Below the pieces are notes generated by a model. The model did not search any database. It had not been told where the DNA came from and worked only from the letters and a program-made list of their open reading frames with translations. A stretch of 64,000 bases of DNA from an uncultured Mycoplasmatota bacterium (GTDB taxonomy: Bacteria > Bacillota_I > Bacilli_A > RF39 > UBA660): positions 29,517 to 93,516 of the forward strand of contig UQVR01000001.1 in NCBI GenBank assembly GCA_900544625.1, given 5' to 3'. The translations under genes were made by a program, and so were the position numbers. Below, one piece after another: positions 57,137-64,000 of this stretch. Each line of letters opens with the position of its first letter. The stretch's first letter is position 1.

Positions 57137-58513
57137 ATGACTGTTAAAGAATTACAAAAAGAAAGTGAAAAATATTTAGATAAAGAAATTAAGATTAGTG
57201 GTTGGATTAGAAACCATAGACCTCAAAAAGAATTTGGTTTTATTGATTTTTCTGATGGAACCAGTTTTAAACATTTACAAGTGGTTTATACAAACAAATT
57301 AGAAGGTTTTAATGAACTTGTAAAACTACATAATGGATCAAGCATTGAGGTTACTGGAGATTTTGTTAAATCTGAAGGTAATGGACAAGATTATGAATTA
57401 AAAGCTAAAAACATTAAATTATTAGGAGATTGTTCTGAAGATTATCCATTACAACCTAAGAAACATAGTATGGAATTTTTAAGAAGTATTGCTTATTTAA
57501 GACCTAGAGCTAATACTTTCCAAGCTGTATTTAGAGTAAGGAGCGTTGCTGCTTATGCCATTCATAAGTATTTTCAAGATAGAAACTATATTTATGTTCA
57601 TACACCACTTTTAACAACTGCAGATTGTGAAGGTAGTGACCAAATGTTTAAAGTAACTACATTTGATTTTGATAATTTACCTAAAAAAGATGGTAAAGTA
57701 GATTTTAGTAAAGATTTATTTAACAAAAAAACATTTATAACAGGTTCTGGTCAATTACATGGAGAAACTTTTGCTCTTGCGTTTAGTAAAATCTATACTT
57801 TTGGACCAACATTTAGAACGGAAAATTCAAATACTAAGACACATGCAAATGAATTTTGGATGATTGAACCTGAAATTGCTTTTGCTGATATTAATGATTT
57901 AATGGATATTGAAGAAGATTTCTTAAAATATATTGTTAAATTTGTTTTAGAAAATTGTCCTGATGAAATTGATTTCTTTGATAAATTTGTAGAAAAAGGG
58001 TTAAAAGAAAAATTAGAAAATGTTGTAAATAGTACTTTTATAAGAATTGACCATAAAGAAGCAATTGATTTACTTAAAAATAGTGGTGAAAAATGGGAAT
58101 TTGAACCATCTTATGAGGAAGATATTGCTAAAGAACATGAAAGATGGTTAACAAATTATTTTAGTGTTCCAGTATTTATTAAAAATTGGCCAGCAGGAAT
58201 TAAAGCATATTACATGAAATTAAATGAAGATGGAAAAACTGTTGCTGGGGTTGATTTAGAAGTTCCTGGGGCTGGAGAACTTATTGGTGGTTCACAAAGA
58301 GAAGAAAAATTGGATGTTTTACTTGATAGAATGAAAGAACTAGGAGTAGAAGAAGAAAGCATTGAATGGTATGTTAATTTAAGAAGATATGGAGGATGTA
58401 TTCATTCCGGATTTGGAATGGGATTTGAAAGACTTATAATGTATCTGACTGGTATTGAAAATATTCGTGATGTTATTCCTTATCCTAGAACACCTGGTTC
58501 ATGTGAATTTTAG
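57137..58513 (+). CDS. asnS: Asparaginyl-tRNA synthetase
   Basis: N-terminal OB fold and class II motifs (FRVRS..., HTPLLTTADCEGSDQMF, GGSQREE, GFGMGFERLIMYLTG); 458 aa. Confidence 0.9.
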   Translation: MTVKELQKESEKYLDKEIKISGWIRNHRPQKEFGFIDFSDGTSFKHLQVVYTNKLEGFNELVKLHNGSSIEVTGDFVKSEGNGQDYELKAKNIKLLGDCSEDYPLQPKKHSMEFLRSIAYLRPRANTFQAVFRVRSVAAYAIHKYFQDRNYIYVHTPLLTTADCEGSDQMFKVTTFDFDNLPKKDGKVDFSKDLFNKKTFITGSGQLHGETFALAFSKIYTFGPTFRTENSNTKTHANEFWMIEPEIAFADINDLMDIEEDFLKYIVKFVLENCPDEIDFFDKFVEKGLKEKLENVVNSTFIRIDHKEAIDLLKNSGEKWEFEPSYEEDIAKEHERWLTNYFSVPVFIKNWPAGIKAYYMKLNEDGKTVAGVDLEVPGAGELIGGSQREEKLDVLLDRMKELGVEEESIEWYVNLRRYGGCIHSGFGMGFERLIMYLTGIENIRDVIPYPRTPGSCEF

Positions 58514-58521
58514 AGGTTGTT

Positions 58522-59064
58522 ATGGGAAAAATTATTGCGATTGTTGGAATGTGTGGAAGCGGTAAATCTGTTGCTAGTGAGTATTTGATTGGATTAGGTT
58601 ATAAAAGGGTTTATTTTGGTGGAGTTACAATGGATAAATTAAAAGAAAGTGATCTAGATGTAAATCCAGATAACGAAAAGATGATGAGAGAAAAACTTCG
58701 TAGTGAACTTGGAATGGGAGCTTATGCTAAAATTTTACTTCCAACTATTAAAGAGTTATCATTAAATAATGATGTTGTTCTTGATGGACTTTATTCATGG
58801 GATGAATTAGTTATTTTAAATAATGAATTTAAAATAACTACAATAGCTGTTGTTGCAGATAAAAAAATAAGATATGATAGACTTTCTAGAAGAACTGTAA
58901 GACCTTTTGGTAAATCCGATGCTATAAAACGAGATATTTCAGAAATTGAGAATATTGCTAAGGCAGGGCCAATAGCTTATGCTGATTATTATATTTTTAA
59001 CAATGGTACAATTAATGATTTTCATAATAGATTAGATGAAATTTTAAATAATATAAAGGAGTGA
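58522..59064 (+). CDS. P-loop nucleotide/nucleoside kinase-like protein
   Basis: Walker A IIAIVGMCGSGKS; 180 aa. Specific family not resolved. Confidence 0.5.
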   Translation: MGKIIAIVGMCGSGKSVASEYLIGLGYKRVYFGGVTMDKLKESDLDVNPDNEKMMREKLRSELGMGAYAKILLPTIKELSLNNDVVLDGLYSWDELVILNNEFKITTIAVVADKKIRYDRLSRRTVRPFGKSDAIKRDISEIENIAKAGPIAYADYYIFNNGTINDFHNRLDEILNNIKE

Positions 59065-59071
59065 AGAACTT

Positions 59072-59368
59072 TTGAATAAATTTACAAAAGAAATGATTGA
59101 CGATTATGCTGATAAGTTACTTATTGGTTTAACTGATGATGAGAATAATATGGTTTTAAAAGAGTTTGATGTTATTGAAAAATCAATGGAAAAAATTGCA
59201 AATATGCCTGACATAGAAAAAGTTGAACCGATGACACATGCTCTAGATGATTTTTCTTTTACATTAAGAGAAGATGTTGTAGAGGAAAGTATACCAGTTG
59301 AAAATCTATTGCAAAATTGTGATGCTTCAGAAGATGATTTTGTTAGTGTTCCAAAGGTGGTGGGATAA
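59072..59368 (+). CDS. gatC: Asp/Glu-tRNA amidotransferase subunit C
   Basis: A 98 aa protein. TTG start with the ribosome-binding site AAGGAGTGA. Immediately upstream of gatA. Confidence 0.8.
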   Translation: MNKFTKEMIDDYADKLLIGLTDDENNMVLKEFDVIEKSMEKIANMPDIEKVEPMTHALDDFSFTLREDVVEESIPVENLLQNCDASEDDFVSVPKVVG

Positions 59369-60825
59369 TGAAAAAACCAGGTATTATTGAATTACATGAA
59401 ATGTTAAAAAATAAAGAAATTACAAGTGAAGAATTAATTAGAGAAGCAATAAATAATGCTCATGAATTACAAGAAAAATGCAATGCATTTGTTACTATTA
59501 TGGATGATGCAAATAGTGATTTTTATAAAAATACGTATTTAAGTGGTATTCCTTATGGTATTAAAGATAATTATTCTACGAAAGATATTTTATCTACGGG
59601 TTCTAGTAATACACTAAAAGATTATGTGCCATTTTTTGATGCTACTGCAGTTATTAATTTAAAAAATAATGGTGCTGTTGGAGTTGCTAAAACGGCTTTA
59701 GATGAATTTGGAATGGGCGGTACTGGTTTAACTGCTCACACAGGAATTATTAAAAATCCATGGGACAATACAAGAATTTGTGGGGGATCTTCAGCTGGAT
59801 CTGCTTGTAGTGTGGCGGCGGGTGTTTTTCCATATGCTTTAGGTAGTGATACTGGAGATTCTATTCGTAAACCGGCTGCTTATTGTGGAATTGTAGGCTA
59901 TAAACCAACTTATGGAATGATTTCAAGATATGGTTTATTTCCATTTGCATCTAGTTTAGATACTTGCGGAGTTTTGACAAGAAGTGTAAGTGATGCGGCG
60001 TTAGTAGTTGATGCTATGAAAGGTATAGATGAAAATGATCAAACTTCTTGGGATTCAAGCAATATAAATTTATTTAGGAATTTGAATAAAGACGTAAAAG
60101 GAAAGAAATTATTTTATATAAAAGAAATTGTTGATATTAGTAATTATCCTAATGCAAATGCTGAATTGAAAATACATTTAAATAACTTTAATAATTCAAT
60201 AGAAAAACTAAAGAATATTGGTGTTATAGTTGATGAAGTATCTATAGATAAAACTCTACTTAGTACAATTCCTAGTGTTTATGTTTGTATTTCTTGTGCT
60301 GAAGCTACTAGCAACATGTCTAATTTAACTGGGATTTCTTTTGGTCCTAGAGGAACTGGAGATAATATCATGGATATGATTAAAGATTATAGAACAAAAG
60401 GATTTTCACCCCTTATTAAAAGAAGATTTGTAATAGGTTCTTATGTATTACAAAAAGAAAATCAAGAAAGATATTTCTTAAACGCTTGTAGAGTAAGAAG
60501 ATTGATTGTAAATAAATTTAAAGATTTATTTAATGAATATGATGCATTTATTTTACCGGTTGGTAGTGGAGTTGCTCCTTTAATTAAAGATGTTATGGAA
60601 CAAGTTTCTGATGATGAATTATCCATTTTAGAAAATCATTTGCAAATTGGCAACTTTGGAGGATTTCCATCTATTACAATTCCGAATGGATTTATAAATG
60701 GACTTCCGGTTGGGGTTAACATTACAGGCAATTGTTATGATGATCAAACTGTTTTAAATTTGGCATATGCATTAGAATCTGAAATGAATTATAAAGATAT
60801 GGTAGTAGGTGATAATAATGAATAA
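59368..60825 (+). CDS. gatA: Asp/Glu-tRNA amidotransferase subunit A (amidase)
   Basis: Amidase signature GGSSAGSACSVAAG...GSDTGDSIRKPAAYCG. Confidence 0.9.
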   Translation: MKKPGIIELHEMLKNKEITSEELIREAINNAHELQEKCNAFVTIMDDANSDFYKNTYLSGIPYGIKDNYSTKDILSTGSSNTLKDYVPFFDATAVINLKNNGAVGVAKTALDEFGMGGTGLTAHTGIIKNPWDNTRICGGSSAGSACSVAAGVFPYALGSDTGDSIRKPAAYCGIVGYKPTYGMISRYGLFPFASSLDTCGVLTRSVSDAALVVDAMKGIDENDQTSWDSSNINLFRNLNKDVKGKKLFYIKEIVDISNYPNANAELKIHLNNFNNSIEKLKNIGVIVDEVSIDKTLLSTIPSVYVCISCAEATSNMSNLTGISFGPRGTGDNIMDMIKDYRTKGFSPLIKRRFVIGSYVLQKENQERYFLNACRVRRLIVNKFKDLFNEYDAFILPVGSGVAPLIKDVMEQVSDDELSILENHLQIGNFGGFPSITIPNGFINGLPVGVNITGNCYDDQTVLNLAYALESEMNYKDMVVGDNNE

Positions 60826-62245
60826 GTATAAAGCAGTAATTGGTCTTGAAATGCATTGTGAAATGAATTGTAATACCAAAGTATTTTCAAGTGCTAAAAA
60901 TGATTTTAGTGAAATACCGAATATAAATGTTAGACCTGTTGATATGGGATTTCCTGGAACTCTTCCTACGGTAAATAAAGAAGCTATTAAAAAAGCCATA
61001 ATGGCTGCTTTAATACTTAATTGTAAGATACCTGAATATATGTATTTTGATCGAAAGAATTATTATTATCCAGATTTACCTAAAGGATATCAAATTACCC
61101 AAATGCATAATCCAGTCGGTGTTAATGGAAAAATAAAAATAGATTTTAATGGAACAACCAAAGAAATCCTTATTCATGATATTCATCTTGAAGAAGATTC
61201 TGCTTCGATGGATCATTTTACAGATGTATCTTTAATTAACTATAATAGAGCAGGTGTTCCTTTGCTTGAACTTGTTACTGAGCCTTGTATAGAATCACCT
61301 GAAGAAGCAGTTGCTTTTTTGGAAGAGATGAGAAGGATATATCAATATGCTGATATATCTGAGGCTGATACTAAAAAAGGTCAAATAAGATGCGATGTAA
61401 ATGTTTCTATAATGGATGTAGATTCTAAAGAGTTAGGTACTAAAGTTGAAGTTAAAAATGTTAATTCATTTGGTAATGTTTATGAAACTATTAAGTATGA
61501 AATTGAAAGACAAAGTAAATTAAAAGATGAAGGAAGATATGATGAAGTAGTACAAGAAACTAGAAGATGGGATGAAGAAAGTGGCACTACAAAAAGAATG
61601 CGTACTAAAGCTGATGCAATAGACTATAAATATTTTGTTGAACCTAATATTCCTAAATATAAAATAGATCAAAGTTGGATTGAAGAAATAGAAAAATGTA
61701 TTCCAATTCTTCCCAATGAAAGAAAGATTAAATATATAAATGAGTATGGATTAAGTGAATATGACGCTAATATAATTATTAAAACTAAGGAATATGCTGA
61801 TTATTTTGAAGTATGTGTAAGTTTAGGAATGGATAAAAAAATTGCTGCTAATTATTTAATTGTAAATATAATTGCATACTTAAATAAAGAAGCTGTTAGT
61901 TTAAATGAATTTTACTTAAAACCTAAGTTATTAAATCAAATTATTACTGAGTTAGAAAATGGAAATATTTCTTCTAAACAAGCTAAAGAAATATTTAATA
62001 AGTCTTTAGATGAACAAAAAGAACCTAAAAACTTTATTAGTAAAGATAATGTTCAATTATCTGATAGTAATGAACTTGAAAGTATTATAGATAATATATT
62101 AAATAATAATACAAGTCAAGTTGAAGCATATAAAAATGGAAAAACCAATCTTTTTGATTACTTTGTTGGTCAAGTAATGAAAGAAACAAAAGGTAAAGCT
62201 AATCCAAACTTAACTAAAGAAATATTAAAAGACAAGCTAGGTTAA
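60818..62245 (+). CDS. gatB: Asp/Glu-tRNA amidotransferase subunit B
   Basis: N-terminus KAVIGLEMHCEMN and a C-terminal YqeY-like domain. The ribosome-binding site AGGTGA precedes ATG 60818. Confidence 0.9.
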   Translation: MNKYKAVIGLEMHCEMNCNTKVFSSAKNDFSEIPNINVRPVDMGFPGTLPTVNKEAIKKAIMAALILNCKIPEYMYFDRKNYYYPDLPKGYQITQMHNPVGVNGKIKIDFNGTTKEILIHDIHLEEDSASMDHFTDVSLINYNRAGVPLLELVTEPCIESPEEAVAFLEEMRRIYQYADISEADTKKGQIRCDVNVSIMDVDSKELGTKVEVKNVNSFGNVYETIKYEIERQSKLKDEGRYDEVVQETRRWDEESGTTKRMRTKADAIDYKYFVEPNIPKYKIDQSWIEEIEKCIPILPNERKIKYINEYGLSEYDANIIIKTKEYADYFEVCVSLGMDKKIAANYLIVNIIAYLNKEAVSLNEFYLKPKLLNQIITELENGNISSKQAKEIFNKSLDEQKEPKNFISKDNVQLSDSNELESIIDNILNNNTSQVEAYKNGKTNLFDYFVGQVMKETKGKANPNLTKEILKDKLG

Positions 62246-62475
62246 TTGCTTGTCTTATTTTGATTCTATATGTTTTTTCGATTTTGATATTAATTGTGAA
62301 TTGAAGAATGATGATAGTGTATAGTAGAAGTAGTTACTATAATAAATAAAATGTTTATATTGAAACAATTAAATTTATATTTAAAAATTGCTTATTATTA
62401 TGTAAATGATAAAAAATCTTTTACTTTTTTCTTTATCGTGATATAATTTTAATATACTAAAGGGATGTGTGATAT

Positions 62476-64000
62476 ATGTTTGGGAAAATTATATATATTG
62501 GAGAGTCTGAAGCTCACGTTGAAAATTTAATTAAAGATGCTAATACAGCAGATTTAATGAATGTAAATGTTGTATTTGAAGATAATAATCAAAGAATACT
62601 TGGTGAAGTTCAAGAGTTAAATAGTGATATTATAAAAATAAGATTTCTTGGAGAATATATAAATGGAAAATATATAAATGGGGTCTTAAGAAAACCACTG
62701 TTATCATCTAAGATTAGAATGATTACTAAAGATGAATTAACAGAATTAGTTGGAACATATAATGCAAGCAGTTTTATTCTTGGGGAAAGTGCTATATATA
62801 AAGGATTTAATATACATCCAAGTATTAATAGTTTATTTTCTAATCATCTAGCTATATTTGGTAATAGTGGATCAGGAAAATCGTGTGGAGTGGCTAGAAT
62901 TGTCCAAAATTTATTTTCATCAATATATCAAGTGCAATATAATGCTAATATCTTTATATTTGATGCATTCGGAGAATATAAAAATGCCTTTGGTAAACTA
63001 AATGAAATAAATAGTAATTATTCTTATAAATTTATTACAAGTAATCCTCATGAAGAAAGTGATAAATTACTTAAAATACCAGTTAGTTTATTAACTTTGG
63101 ATGATATGGCATTATTACTTCAAGCAAGTAATCATGCACAATTACCAATTATAGAAAATACTATTAAACTAGCAAAAATATTTTCTACGAATACTGATGA
63201 AGCAAATGATTATAAGAATCATTTAATTGCTAAAGCCTTACTTGCTGTATTATTTAGTAATGAAACTATATCAAGTAAAAAAAATGAAATATTTACTATT
63301 ATAGAAGTATGTAATACTAAAGAGTTTAATTTTGATACAGTTATTCCTGGTCTAGGTTATACTAGAACTTTTAGTGAATGCTTTGAAATCGATTCAAATG
63401 GTAATTTTGGTGAATCAGTTTTAATTACTAATTATATATTAAGTAAAATAAATGATAATTTAGATAGTATTAAGGCTCCGGAGAATGCCAGTTATTCATT
63501 AAAAGATTTTGCTAAAGCAATGGAATTTACTTTAATTAGTGAAGGCTTTTTACATAATCAAAATCTACATGATGATGCAGTTATTTTAAGAGTTAGACTT
63601 AATACAATCATTAATAGTAAACTAGGGGAGTATTTTTCTAGTGAATATATGCCTGTGGAAGATTATATTAAATCATTAATTGATAATGATGGAAAGAAAG
63701 CTCAAATTATAAATATTAACTTAGAAGATGTAGATGATATATATGCAAAGGTATTTGTTAAAATTTTTTCAAGAATTATATTTGACTTTGCAAAAGGTAG
63801 TGCTAAAAGAGCCTCAATGCCATTTCATTTATTCTTAGAAGAAGCTCATAGATATATTCAAAAAGATAATGATACATTCTTACTTGGATATAATATATTT
63901 GATAGAATAGCTAAAGAAGGAAGAAAATATGGGGTTATGCTTGATATTATTAGCCAAAGACCTGTTGAAATAAGTGATACTGTTATAGCACAATGTAATA
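62476..64000 (+). CDS. HerA-family (FtsK/HerA superfamily) ATPase/helicase, 3'-partial (runs off the window)
   Basis: Not in the ORF track because it has no stop within the window. Has an N-terminal HAS-barrel-like region, Walker A FGNSGSGKSCGVARIV, Walker B HLFLEEAHRY and the hallmark AKEGRKYGVMLDIISQRPVEISDTVIAQCN. Confidence 0.75.
   Translation, partial: MFGKIIYIGESEAHVENLIKDANTADLMNVNVVFEDNNQRILGEVQELNSDIIKIRFLGEYINGKYINGVLRKPLLSSKIRMITKDELTELVGTYNASSFILGESAIYKGFNIHPSINSLFSNHLAIFGNSGSGKSCGVARIVQNLFSSIYQVQYNANIFIFDAFGEYKNAFGKLNEINSNYSYKFITSNPHEESDKLLKIPVSLLTLDDMALLLQASNHAQLPIIENTIKLAKIFSTNTDEANDYKNHLIAKALLAVLFSNETISSKKNEIFTIIEVCNTKEFNFDTVIPGLGYTRTFSECFEIDSNGNFGESVLITNYILSKINDNLDSIKAPENASYSLKDFAKAMEFTLISEGFLHNQNLHDDAVILRVRLNTIINSKLGEYFSSEYMPVEDYIKSLIDNDGKKAQIININLEDVDDIYAKVFVKIFSRIIFDFAKGSAKRASMPFHLFLEEAHRYIQKDNDTFLLGYNIFDRIAKEGRKYGVMLDIISQRPVEISDTVIAQCN

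Noticed and set aside
1-64000. CRISPR arrays, rRNA genes and intact IS or transposase genes
   Set aside because: No array of regularly spaced direct repeats, no rRNA-like conserved stretches and no transposase-length ORF with terminal inverted repeats were seen. Only a possible HTH remnant at 24454-24591.
1-64000. Alternative genetic code (TGA=Trp, Mollicutes-like) suggested by the very low GC content
   Set aside because: Long housekeeping ORFs (polC, aspS, relA) are intact under the standard code. Cell-wall genes (mltG, sortase, flippase) are present, so this is not a Mollicute.

Overview
This is a 64 kb, visibly AT-rich (about 70% A+T by eye) chromosomal segment from a low-GC Gram-positive bacterium (Firmicutes-like). 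It uses the standard genetic code: long ORFs are uninterrupted by TGA. It has both PolC and DnaE, a Bacillus-type ireB-ruvX-yrzB-mltG-yrrM-yrrN-yrrO block, AddAB, a sortase and a SpoIIM-like protein. The coding density is high and the content is mostly housekeeping on the + strand: dnaE-polC, tRNA-Met/Ile(CAU) and tRNA-Leu(UAG), greA, tig, mnmA, addBA, nusB, xseA/xseB, proS, relA-dtd, a T-box-regulated aspS, asnS and gatCAB. Three regions are not explained by ordinary housekeeping. (1) An 8 kb, divergently transcribed cluster of five uncharacterised soluble proteins (44594-52537) sits where hisS normally lies, between relA-dtd and aspS. It contains a protein with a canonical HPD J-domain, distant paralogues of that protein's C-terminal domain, and a chimeric ORF that begins with the first 10 codons of aspS. 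(2) Two paralogous putative kinases with a PI3K/PI4K-like GDRHxxN...DFG-like core are inserted into the conserved nusB-xseA-xseB operon, together with a DinD/Bro-N-like gene and a GNAT gene. (3) A HerA-family ATPase starts at 62476 and runs off the window end. Further oddities are a degenerate HisRS-like fragment downstream of aspS, dnaE fused end-to-start with polC, a 50 nt two-copy intergenic repeat, and several well-signalled micro-ORFs absent from the ORF track. No CRISPR array, rRNA or intact IS element was seen.
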